A stretch of DNA of 64,000 bases from Elusimicrobia bacterium RIFOXYA2_FULL_39_19 (GCA_001800285.1 MGVC01000014.1:1756-65755); one strand, 5' to 3'; shown: positions 27,370 through 35,949, numbered from the stretch's first letter. Translations and numbers: made by a program. Notes: generated by a model from the sequence alone, not told the origin.

Positions 27370-28149
27370 TTATAACTTGCTGTTAGCCAGCGACTGTTCT
27401 CTTAAGATTGCAGATAAATAACCCTCAAGTTTTTTTGCCGTTATTACAGGCACATCACCTTTATGAATTGAAACAATGCCTTCAGTAATGAGTTCCATGT
27501 TAAGAATTTCATCTTCACTGTATTCAGACAGTTTTACAGCAACGGGTAAAAAAGCAAAATTAGCGGCAAATATGCCGAAAAATGTAGCAGCCACAGCTGT
27601 TGCCATAGCGGCACCCATGGAAGTAGGGTCGGTAATATTTCTTAATACCTGCACAACACCCAGCAGGGTTCCCAGCAATCCGAAAATAGGCGCTACAGTA
27701 GCCATCATTCTAAATACGCTGGCAACTTTCTGATGCCTTTCTCTTACGTACAAAATTTCTTTTTCCAGATTGTCTTCGATAATGTCTATATCGTAACCGT
27801 CTATGAGCATTTGCAGGGCATTTCTAAAGAACTTGTCTTTTAATCCGGCTACTTCAGGCTGGAGGCCGGAAAACCCTGAACGTTTGGATTTTTCTGAAAG
27901 GCCTACAACAAGTTCTATCATTCTCAAAGATGATTCTCTTTTATTTGGGAAGAAAGCCAGACTGAAAGCCTTAGGTATGGCTTTGATAGTTGTCCAGGGA
28001 TAAGCAATGAGAGTAGAGGAAAGAGTACCTATTACAACCAGCAGAAACGCATCAAGATTAAACAACATATGCACAATTTCACCGCGCGCCATGACTATGT
28101 AAATTGCAACTACTCCGATAATTGCTCCGCCAACCGTTAACAAATCCAT
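27370..28149 (-). CDS. motA: MotA-family stator subunit
   Basis: 'MDLLTVGG' start; 'DKFFRNALQMLIDG'; 'APIFGLLGTLLGVVQVL'; 'MGAAMATAVAATFFGIFAANFAFLPVAVKL'; 'EGIVSIHKGD.P'. Confidence 0.92.
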   Translation of the reverse strand: MDLLTVGGAIIGVVAIYIVMARGEIVHMLFNLDAFLLVVIGTLSSTLIAYPWTTIKAIPKAFSLAFFPNKRESSLRMIELVVGLSEKSKRSGFSGLQPEVAGLKDKFFRNALQMLIDGYDIDIIEDNLEKEILYVRERHQKVASVFRMMATVAPIFGLLGTLLGVVQVLRNITDPTSMGAAMATAVAATFFGIFAANFAFLPVAVKLSEYSEDEILNMELITEGIVSIHKGDVPVITAKKLEGYLSAILREQSLANSKL

Positions 28150-28171
28150 TTATTTTCCCCCAAAAATATTT

Positions 28172-29608
28172 TTAAATAAGTTCAATTATGCCTTCGGCAT
28201 TTAATTTTCTTATGCTTTCAATAACCCGGCGTTTTTCTTCGATGATTCTTTGTGCTGATAAAGGTTTACCCAACTCCATTTCCTGTTGAAGCCTTTTTCT
28301 GCCGGCTTCAGTAAGCGCTTCCATGATTTTTGCTGTATATTGTTCCGGCATGGTTTTAAGAATCTGCGCAAAAGCTGAAAGATTTATCCTGCGCATAACG
28401 GTTTGCAGAGTTTCACCGCTGAAATTGACTATATCCTCAAAACTGAAGACGGATTTCATTAATTTGGCTGCAAGGGGCGGATTCTTGGCCTTAAAATTAG
28501 CAATGATTTTGTCCTGAGTTGCTTTATCGCTGTAATCAAGCAGTTTAACAAGTATTTCATCACCGCCAAGAGAATAATTAAGGGTGTCTCTAACTTTCTG
28601 TTCAAGGGATTTTACAGCGTCAGGGTCCATCTGTTTCACGTTTGAAAATAATTCGGATACTTTCATTTTCTGATCCGCATTTAAATCAGCAAACAACTTG
28701 GAAGCCATATCTCTGTCAATGTAATTTAGAATTACCGCTATGTTTTCAGAACTTTCTGTTTTAATTGATTCTCTTAACTGATTTATTTCCTGAGGGACAA
28801 TAAACCAGAATGGTTTTCTGTTTTCACTATCGTGAGATAAAGATGCAGTCTGAGCTGACGCAGTTTCTACGGAAGTTGACTGCTGGTTTTGCGCGCCAAA
28901 ATCCTGACTTGAAGTGTTTGCTTCTTTTTGGGCCGCTACCAGTCCGGCAATAACTTCTACCAGGCTTTTTGAAAATATTTTAAATGGATTGAACAAAAAC
29001 AATACTGAGCCGAAAACAAAAAATGTTGCAAGGGCAATTATAATAACCCAGTATAGATTAGGCGGATAAAGCAGAGAATACCAGTAAAAAGGATTTTGTT
29101 TAAAATTCATTCTTTCAATTATCAGCTGGTCCCCGCGGGTTTCATCGATACCCAGTAACCCGAAAGCCACTTTTTTCATAATTTCTATCACGCTTGCGGA
29201 GACAGCTTTATCAACTATAATGGTTGCACTGATTTTCTTTATGGCGGTTTTTGTTTTTCCTATATCCAGCGGCGCTAATAAATCCTCTATTTTTCTTTCT
29301 CCGATATTTTCTTTAACAGGCACTCCTGGCAGTACCATTTTAGGCCGTTCATCAACAGTTTTAATCTGAAGTTCCTTTTTTTCTTTTTCACTGTACATCT
29401 CTGTATTGATGATAATGATAATTTTTTCCGTACCGGCAATTTCAGTAAGAACCTTTCTTAACCTGTCTTCCAGGCTTGTTTCTATCTGGATTTTTGTTTC
29501 AATACTGGTTTCGGCAATATCCGCCGCAAAGATTTGTTTGGGAGCCTGAAAAACCAACAATGAAGCAAAAATAAATAGCGCCACGAACTGATAAAACCTT
29601 TTTTTCAT
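28172..29608 (-). CDS. FliF(RBM3)-TM-FliG(middle+C) fusion protein
   Basis: Signal peptide; FliF C-terminal ring motif 'IKKISATIIVD…GLLGIDETRGDQLIIERMNF'; one TM; FliG motifs 'IAVILNYI', 'LGG', 'NPPLAAKLMKSVFSFEDI', 'IRKLNAEGII'. Confidence 0.8.
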   Translation of the reverse strand: MKKRFYQFVALFIFASLLVFQAPKQIFAADIAETSIETKIQIETSLEDRLRKVLTEIAGTEKIIIIINTEMYSEKEKKELQIKTVDERPKMVLPGVPVKENIGERKIEDLLAPLDIGKTKTAIKKISATIIVDKAVSASVIEIMKKVAFGLLGIDETRGDQLIIERMNFKQNPFYWYSLLYPPNLYWVIIIALATFFVFGSVLFLFNPFKIFSKSLVEVIAGLVAAQKEANTSSQDFGAQNQQSTSVETASAQTASLSHDSENRKPFWFIVPQEINQLRESIKTESSENIAVILNYIDRDMASKLFADLNADQKMKVSELFSNVKQMDPDAVKSLEQKVRDTLNYSLGGDEILVKLLDYSDKATQDKIIANFKAKNPPLAAKLMKSVFSFEDIVNFSGETLQTVMRRINLSAFAQILKTMPEQYTAKIMEALTEAGRKRLQQEMELGKPLSAQRIIEEKRRVIESIRKLNAEGIIELI

Positions 29609-29626
29609 AATTTTCTCCTAATGTCT

Positions 29627-30009
29627 TTATATATTATTTATTGTGTAACTTTTCAAATATTTTGCGCTTTCTTCCAGTAGAGCAGCATTTATATACATAC
29701 CAGACCCAATTTCAAGACTGGCCATATTTCTGACTATTCCATAATTTTGAAATTGCTGGTGTCTTCCGGAATTAAAGCAGGGAATTTGTTTGGTACTACC
29801 CTTACTTTCCAGCCAAAGGAATCTTTGACAGCGTATTTATCTATTGATGGTATATTTTCATTGCCCATGCAAAAAGGGCATTCTGACAGGTATGAAGGTA
29901 AGTCTTTTTTTACTATTTTTTTATCTGAAAAATCTTTCGGTCTTTTTGCTCTTTCGGTAGCGATAATAACCCATTCTCTTACTGCTATATTCTGTCTGAG
30001 TTGAGGCAT
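29627..30009 (-). pseudogene. galT: Galactose-1-phosphate uridylyltransferase remnant with large internal deletion
   Basis: N-terminus 'LRQN..REWVIIATERAKRP…CPFC.GNE…VRVVPNKFPAL' stops at 29734. The GalT C-terminal motif 'ASLEIGSGMYINAALLEESAKYL' follows in another frame. The catalytic HPH region is absent. Confidence 0.8.
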
Positions 30010-30153
30010 AAAACCCCTTAATAGTTATGAGTTTTAGAGCACTTGAAGGTATATTCTATATATCATTTTATTTATCAAAAAACAACGTTTTTTTAATAAT
30101 TATAATGATTTAAACCGTGCAGGCTCATTTCAAATGGGTGTTTTTCCTTAAAC

Positions 30154-30182
30154 TTGACAAAATATATATGAAATGATAGAAT
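30154..30182 (+). promoter_or_regulatory. Sigma70-type promoter for tRNA-Glu
   Basis: TTGACA-17 bp-TAGAAT with extended TGn. Confidence 0.75.
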
Positions 30183-30290
30183 ACGGAATTACAAAATTCT
30201 GAGAACATTTAGTAATTTTTTTGAATTTTCGCTCTTTTGGATGTATGTTATCTGAAACTTGAGATTTGAAATTTGAAATCTATAATTCAC

Positions 30291-30362
30291 GCCCCCATCG
30301 ACTAGCGGTTAGGTCATCGCCCTTTCAAGGCGGTAACACCAGTCCGAATCTGGTTGGGGGCG
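30291..30362 (+). tRNA. tRNA-Glu(TTC), CCA not encoded, T-loop TCCGAAT
   Basis: GCCCCCA/TGGGGGC acceptor stem; TCGCC-CTTTCAA-GGCGG anticodon arm; ACCAG-TCCGAAT-CTGGT T arm. Confidence 0.93.
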
Positions 30363-30402
30363 TTTTTTTATTTTTATAGGCTACCGCCGCAGAAAGGCGA
30401 TA

Positions 30403-30523
30403 CGCCCTTTCAAGGGTTGCAATGCGACGAATAAGGAGCATTGGCTGCAACGGGTTCGAGACGGTGAGAACCCTGGGCCGAAGGCTAACACCAGTCCGAA
30501 TCTGGTTGGGGGCGTTTTTTTAT
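30403..30523 (+). repeat. Partial tRNA-Glu duplicate interrupted by a ~70-bp hairpin insert
   Basis: cgccctttcaagg (30403 = 30318) plus an identical 38-bp 3' segment (30486-30523 = 30334-30371). Confidence 0.85.
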
Positions 30524-30709
30524 GCCCCAAAACCGTACTTTTGTGCTGACTGATAAAACACCTACCCCGTGCAGTTTTCAATCCTGATTTATCCTTTTAT
30601 AATTGGATATCTGGATATTGCTCATAAACAAAACAATTTGAAAACTATCGCAGGGATAAATGTCACACATGCATTCATCTCCACTTTAGGTGGATATGAA
30701 TGCTGCCAT

Positions 30710-31630
30710 TTAATTTTTCGGAAGAAAATCTATCTGGAAAGTTACTCTGTGGGATAACCCTAAATCTGAATGCGGAATGTAGGCATAATCCAGCTTTACC
30801 GGACTGAAATTAAGCCCGAAACCTGCCGACAGACTGCTTGTCTGCTGGTAAACCCCGCCAAATCTGAAGGCAATATATTTGTTTGCAGAAACTTCAAAAC
30901 CAAGCCCTAATTTCATCTTTGAATCATTTTCCTGAACAATATCAAAAGAAGAATTGTAGCCTTTTGACATAAAACCCGTACCCGCTCTGATAGTAAAAGG
31001 AAGCAAAGAACCCCTGATTTTTGAACCGATATTCTGTACCACAATGCCTGAGGTGTTGCCGGATCTTGAATTTCTATAGTACAAACCTGCGTCAAAAGCA
31101 GCTACAGATGCGCTGTTTTTGTTTAACTCTTCATTTATATATTTTACAGATACACCTATCTTGATTGACCTGCTGTCTTCGCGATAAGGCATATTATGGG
31201 AATATCCCAGCACTACCAGTGTATCTCTAAGGCTTATTGCCGTACCTTCTGTAATAACATCATTTACTACAGACCGTTGAAAATCACTGATGCCTAAATT
31301 TGTTATACCAAAACCCAGGGCATTTTCTCCTGAACTAAAAACAGCTAATACCGTATTGGCGGATATGTCGCCATAGATGAGCGCCTGCGAAAAAGAATAT
31401 TGAGAACCCTGCACGTTTGATAAACCGGCAGGATTATATTCAAGCGCGGATACATCATCTGAAATTGCTGTAAAATTACCCGCCATTCCCTGTGCTCTTG
31501 CTGTGTAACCAATTTTTAGAAACGGAACAGCGGAAATACCGGCCGTTCTTACAAGCTCTTCTGCAAACAAACCGGCATTAAAAAACAAAACAGAATAAAT
31601 GATATAAAATAGTCTGAAATATATTTTCAT
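30710..31630 (-). CDS. PorV/PorQ-family (UPF0164-like) outer-membrane beta-barrel
   Basis: 'PFLKIGYTARAQGMAGNFTAISDDVSALEYNPAGL' N-terminal signature; C-terminal 'LDYAYIPHSDLGLSHRVTFQIDF'. Confidence 0.85.
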   Translation of the reverse strand: MKIYFRLFYIIYSVLFFNAGLFAEELVRTAGISAVPFLKIGYTARAQGMAGNFTAISDDVSALEYNPAGLSNVQGSQYSFSQALIYGDISANTVLAVFSSGENALGFGITNLGISDFQRSVVNDVITEGTAISLRDTLVVLGYSHNMPYREDSRSIKIGVSVKYINEELNKNSASVAAFDAGLYYRNSRSGNTSGIVVQNIGSKIRGSLLPFTIRAGTGFMSKGYNSSFDIVQENDSKMKLGLGFEVSANKYIAFRFGGVYQQTSSLSAGFGLNFSPVKLDYAYIPHSDLGLSHRVTFQIDFLPKN

Positions 31631-31633
31631 AAA

Positions 31634-33193
31634 TTATCTTGCAATCATTAATTTGCCTTTTACTTTGCCTTTATCGGTTTCTGCTACATACAAATACACA
31701 CCATCAGAAACCAGTTCACCGGTGTCATTTTTGCCGTCCCATTCTGCGCTGGTAGGATAATCAGGTTCAATGGTCCTTACCTGTTGGCCGGCCAGATTAT
31801 AAATACGAACCGTCAGGGACACGCCTTTCAAATTATCTGAAAGATAAATTCTTGTTGTCTGGCCGTTTGCTGGATTAAAAGGATTTGGTGAGTTTACTGC
31901 TACGCTTTCTTTAACAACTGCAGGGACTGTATAACCTACGGCAGAAGCCGCATTTATTAAACCATAACCTGTATATAAATCCTTGCCGGGAGTATCTAAA
32001 TCAATGGCGGTACTGGTAATTTTTTCATAAACGCTGGCAAAAGTTGCATTTGGTTCATAAGAAAAAATAAGTGCTACCACACCGGCCACGAAAGGCGATG
32101 CCATGGAAGTTCCATCCGAATATTCATAACCGTCTGAATGCCATATATCCATAGAATCATTCCCAAGGCCGCCTGGATTAGTAGGAGGAACTGTACTATA
32201 AATTTCAACACCGGGAGCCATTATATCAAGCTCAGAACCGTAATTCGAAAAACCGGCCCGCTGGTTTTCTGAATCAGAAGCACCTACCGCAATAGCATGT
32301 GGTAAAGCCGCTGGGAACATTACAAAATCATTTGTCGGATCCCCGTCATCGGCAAAATTTCCCGCCGCCGCAATACAAATAACTCCATTATTATAGGCAT
32401 AATCTATGGCTATCCGTTCAAGGTTCGACAGCATTTCACCGCCAAGGCTCATATTAATTACCTTTGCTCCCGCATCAACTGCATAGGGTACACAGCTTGA
32501 AATTGCTATTGATGCACCGGAGCCTTCATTATCGAGCGCCTTGATAGGTATAAGCCTTGCGCCCCAGCTTACACCAGCTACGCCTCTGTTATTATTTGTC
32601 ATGGCGGATATTATTCCCGCTACGTGAGTTCCGTGGCCATTATCATCCATAGCATCTGAATCATCATTTACAAAATCATAGCCTAAAGAAGTGTCAACGC
32701 TGCCGGCTAAATCCGGGTGCAGATAATTTATTCCCGTATCTATTATGGCTACTTTAACACTCCAACTAGCCTTGGTTATTTCCCAGGCTGATGGGCAATC
32801 AATTTTTTTTACTCCCCATTGGCTATTATATGAGGTATCATTTGGTATAACAAACATTTTCCTTATGTAATTCGGCTCGGCAAATTCCACTTCCGGCTGA
32901 TGGCTGTAATATTCAAGAGCTGTTTCCACGCTCATGTTATCAGACAGAGTAACAACCTCAGCGTTAAACTTTTCTAAACCACCTTTGTTTTGATGGTTCA
33001 TTTTGCTTAACATGCCCTTTTTCTGTGCTTTAGTTGTGCCTTGCTTGTAGACAACAACTATTTCATCTTTTACAACTTCTACGCTTTTATTTAATTTTTG
33101 TGAATAGAAACGGCTTTTCTGCATAGCAGGTAAACTGCAGGTTAAAAACAGGATGGAAAAAAACAGGATAGGTCCAGCAAGGTTCTTTTTCAA
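31634..33193 (-). CDS. S8 (subtilisin/thermitase-like) serine peptidase with C-terminal T9SS-type/FlgD-Ig domain
   Basis: Triad motifs IIDTG, HGTHVAG and GTSMASP; prodomain; C-terminus 'NSPNPFNP…IYNLAGQQVRTI…WDGKNDTGELVSDGVYL…GKLMIAR'. Confidence 0.92.
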   Translation of the reverse strand: MKKNLAGPILFFSILFLTCSLPAMQKSRFYSQKLNKSVEVVKDEIVVVYKQGTTKAQKKGMLSKMNHQNKGGLEKFNAEVVTLSDNMSVETALEYYSHQPEVEFAEPNYIRKMFVIPNDTSYNSQWGVKKIDCPSAWEITKASWSVKVAIIDTGINYLHPDLAGSVDTSLGYDFVNDDSDAMDDNGHGTHVAGIISAMTNNNRGVAGVSWGARLIPIKALDNEGSGASIAISSCVPYAVDAGAKVINMSLGGEMLSNLERIAIDYAYNNGVICIAAAGNFADDGDPTNDFVMFPAALPHAIAVGASDSENQRAGFSNYGSELDIMAPGVEIYSTVPPTNPGGLGNDSMDIWHSDGYEYSDGTSMASPFVAGVVALIFSYEPNATFASVYEKITSTAIDLDTPGKDLYTGYGLINAASAVGYTVPAVVKESVAVNSPNPFNPANGQTTRIYLSDNLKGVSLTVRIYNLAGQQVRTIEPDYPTSAEWDGKNDTGELVSDGVYLYVAETDKGKVKGKLMIAR

Positions 33194-33200
33194 TTTAATT

Positions 33201-34001
33201 TTATAGGTCTTCTTCTTTCCTTAGGGGCAACGATATACTCCAGGCTTCAAAGAAACCGGCTAAAAATGCGCCTACATAATAGCCCCACCACTGGTTTGGC
33301 ACGCGGACAAATATCCATATAAAACCTACGCAAAGCATGGACAAACTGAAACAATACGTTCCAATGCTTGAAAGTATAAGTTTTTTCGGCATATTGCTGT
33401 AAAGCTGTTTACGGTCAAGAGGATAAGTAACCGCCCTGACAAGAGCAATGGTAGCCCCTATAACTAAAAGAATAACCGGGCTTATTAGCCTGCAGATAAA
33501 AAGTATTTTCATTAAAAAAGACCTTTCTGCGGAAACATCCTTAAACCACATACCGTCATAAGCTGGATAGCTGCCGATATAAAATATGGGTTCACTGCCG
33601 CCGATAGCTTTAACATTAACAATAACAAACACTGTTGCACAAATAAACCCTATACCATAAAAAACAATTTTGTATATTTTCTTTACGCTTTCACCGCCGA
33701 ATGCCAGTCCGTAAATGGCCAGCAATACCGAGGGACCAAAAATGCCTATCATAAAAAATTCACGGATATTATTTATTATCAGCGGCATTGGATGCGGGCC
33801 GAGCAAAATTTGCAAAGGTCTGGTAGCCAAATAAATGCCAAATGCAATAAATCCAAAATACGCTGCATCATATGTAGCTTTGCCTGCAGAAAAATGTCTG
33901 ATAGGGGCAATGTGCCTGACGTATCTGGCTAAAGCAAGAAATATGAGCCCGGCGCATATTGGTACAAAAATGTTCACAATGATGTTTGGAAGGTATTGCA
34001 T
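33201..34001 (-). CDS. Polytopic membrane protein (~7 TM), unknown function
   Basis: About seven hydrophobic segments and no soluble output domain. Confidence 0.75.
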   Translation of the reverse strand: MQYLPNIIVNIFVPICAGLIFLALARYVRHIAPIRHFSAGKATYDAAYFGFIAFGIYLATRPLQILLGPHPMPLIINNIREFFMIGIFGPSVLLAIYGLAFGGESVKKIYKIVFYGIGFICATVFVIVNVKAIGGSEPIFYIGSYPAYDGMWFKDVSAERSFLMKILFICRLISPVILLVIGATIALVRAVTYPLDRKQLYSNMPKKLILSSIGTYCFSLSMLCVGFIWIFVRVPNQWWGYYVGAFLAGFFEAWSISLPLRKEEDL

Positions 34002-34062
34002 TTTTCAGTGGTCTCCTGTCAATAATTTTAATTTGTTCTTGTAGTTTTATTATTGAAACAAT

Positions 34063-34971
34063 TTAGATGTTTGTAAATTTTTTTACTTCCTGAAATCTTT
34101 TCTGTATATCGGCACGGCTGATTTTGCTTAACTTGCTTAAACTGAAACCCTGACAGCAGAAAGAACCCATTACTGTTCCATACGTGACTGCCTGCCTGAT
34201 ATTTTTATCTGATAATGAACCGCTTTTTGCAATATATCCCACAAAACCCCCGGCAAAACTGTCACCGGCACCCGTGGGGTCACAGACACTTTCCAGAGGA
34301 TAGGCAGAGGCTGAAAACATGGTTGATTTGCTGTAATAAAGCGCGCCGTATTCTCCTTTTTTTATTACTACGCCTTTCGGGCCCAGAGCTAATATTTTTT
34401 TTGCGGCTTTTACCAGGTTAAGTTCTCCGGCAAATTCTTTTGCTTCTGATTCGTTTATCAAAAGCACATCTACTTTTTTAAGTACTTTTATAAGTTCGTT
34501 TTTTTTGTTCTGTATCCAGAGGTTCATAGTATCCAGAGCAACAAACTTTGGCCGGCCTTTTTTGCTGACCTGCATTAGCACTTCATATTGCAGGCTGGGG
34601 TCAATATTTGCAAGAAAAACATTTTGTATGCCCAGATATTCTTTTGGAATTTTGGGTGAAAATGTTTCAAAAACGTTCAGGTCAGTGCTCAGGGTACGCC
34701 TGTTATTCATATCCACTTCATAAACACCGGACCATCTGAAAGTTTTTCCTTCCTGTTTTTCAAGGCCGGCAGTATCTATATTATGTTTTTTAAGCAGTTT
34801 TACGTGTTCCTGCGGAAAATCCGTGCCTACTACACCTACAAGTTTTACATCCGTAAAGTGGCTGGCGGCTACAGAAAAATAAGTAGCAGAGCCGCCTAAA
34901 GCATCAGCTGCTTTGCCGAAAGGCGTTTCCACTGTATCAAGCGCTATTGAACCGACTACTAAAATTGACAT
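34063..34971 (-). CDS. PfkB-family carbohydrate/nucleoside kinase
   Basis: 'VVGSIALD', 'GGSATY', 'INESEA', 'DPTGAGDSFAGGF'. Confidence 0.92.
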   Translation of the reverse strand: MSILVVGSIALDTVETPFGKAADALGGSATYFSVAASHFTDVKLVGVVGTDFPQEHVKLLKKHNIDTAGLEKQEGKTFRWSGVYEVDMNNRRTLSTDLNVFETFSPKIPKEYLGIQNVFLANIDPSLQYEVLMQVSKKGRPKFVALDTMNLWIQNKKNELIKVLKKVDVLLINESEAKEFAGELNLVKAAKKILALGPKGVVIKKGEYGALYYSKSTMFSASAYPLESVCDPTGAGDSFAGGFVGYIAKSGSLSDKNIRQAVTYGTVMGSFCCQGFSLSKLSKISRADIQKRFQEVKKFTNI

Positions 34972-34986
34972 AACTCCTCCGGATAA

Positions 34987-35871
34987 TTATTTTATATACT
35001 TTCCTAAAAGCAAATCGAGATTTTTTAATGTTTTCTTATTAGCTTTGTCTTTGCTGGTAAATACGGCATATTTAAGAGTAGTTGAGCACTTACACTTTCT
35101 TTCTGTTTCAGGAATCCTGGGAATCAATTTTCTCAACATATTTTTAACATTATTTACATTGGCATTTAAATTGCCTATTACCATTTCACTGGTTACTTCT
35201 TCGCCTTCTTTCCATACATCATAATCCGTAATAGCGGCTACTGTGGTATAACACATTTCAGCTTCTCTTGCCAATTTGGCTTCGGGCAGAGCCGTCATGC
35301 CTACAATACTAAAATCCAGTTTTCTATTTACCTGAGATTCGGCTTTTGTAGAAAATTGCGGGCCTTCAATACATACATAGGTTCCGTCATAGTGCACAGT
35401 TGCGCCTACTTCTTTCAGACAGTCTGCTGTAAGTTTTCTTAAGTTATCACAATAGGGATGGGCAAATTCAATATGGGCCACTAAACCGTTTCCAAAAAAT
35501 GTTGATCTTCTCTGGCGGGTTCTGTCAAAAAGCTGGTCCGGAATTACAAATTCTCTTGGTTTTAATTCCTCTTTAAGTGACCCGCAGGCAGAGATACTGA
35601 TTAAGTGTTCCACTCCCAAAGATTTCATAGCATATATATTTGCACGGTAATTAACTTCTGTAGGCATAATCCTGTGGCCTCTGCCGTGCCTGGGCAAAAA
35701 AGCTACTTTTTTTCCTTCGAAAGTTCCTATTACTATAATATCAGACGGGTCACCGAACGGTGTTTTTATTTTTACTTCCTTTATATCCTTTATGCCTTCA
35801 ATATTATAAACACCGCTGCCGCCAATGATACCAATTTTTACGTTTTCTGTTTTATTTTGCTTTTTTGCCAT
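34987..35871 (-). CDS. mtnP: S-methyl-5'-thioadenosine phosphorylase
   Basis: 'IGIIGGSG', 'RHGRGH', 'EGPQFSTKAES', 'GMTALPEAKLAREAE', 'TDYDVW'. Confidence 0.92.
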   Translation of the reverse strand: MAKKQNKTENVKIGIIGGSGVYNIEGIKDIKEVKIKTPFGDPSDIIVIGTFEGKKVAFLPRHGRGHRIMPTEVNYRANIYAMKSLGVEHLISISACGSLKEELKPREFVIPDQLFDRTRQRRSTFFGNGLVAHIEFAHPYCDNLRKLTADCLKEVGATVHYDGTYVCIEGPQFSTKAESQVNRKLDFSIVGMTALPEAKLAREAEMCYTTVAAITDYDVWKEGEEVTSEMVIGNLNANVNNVKNMLRKLIPRIPETERKCKCSTTLKYAVFTSKDKANKKTLKNLDLLLGKYIK

Positions 35872-35949
35872 TTCTTTCTCCCTTTTTTTGTTGATATATT
35901 TATAAGTTTATACGATGATACGCAAAAGTCTAATTTTAAACCAGCTGTT

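Noticed and set aside
25551-28149. Zorya (ZorAB) defence system or ExbBD/TolQR
   Set aside because: MotA is 259 aa with no long cytoplasmic tail and there are no ZorC/D/E-like genes. The B subunits have OmpA-like domains, unlike ExbD/TolR, and a FliG-like partner is adjacent.
24698-29608. Ordinary flagellar operon fragment
   Set aside because: The rotor is a truncated FliF-FliG fusion with a degenerate EHPQ motif and there are no flagellar neighbours. This cannot be fully excluded without the rest of the genome.
30334-30523. attL/attR of an intact genomic island or prophage
   Set aside because: Only ~115 bp lie between the repeats and there is no integrase nearby.
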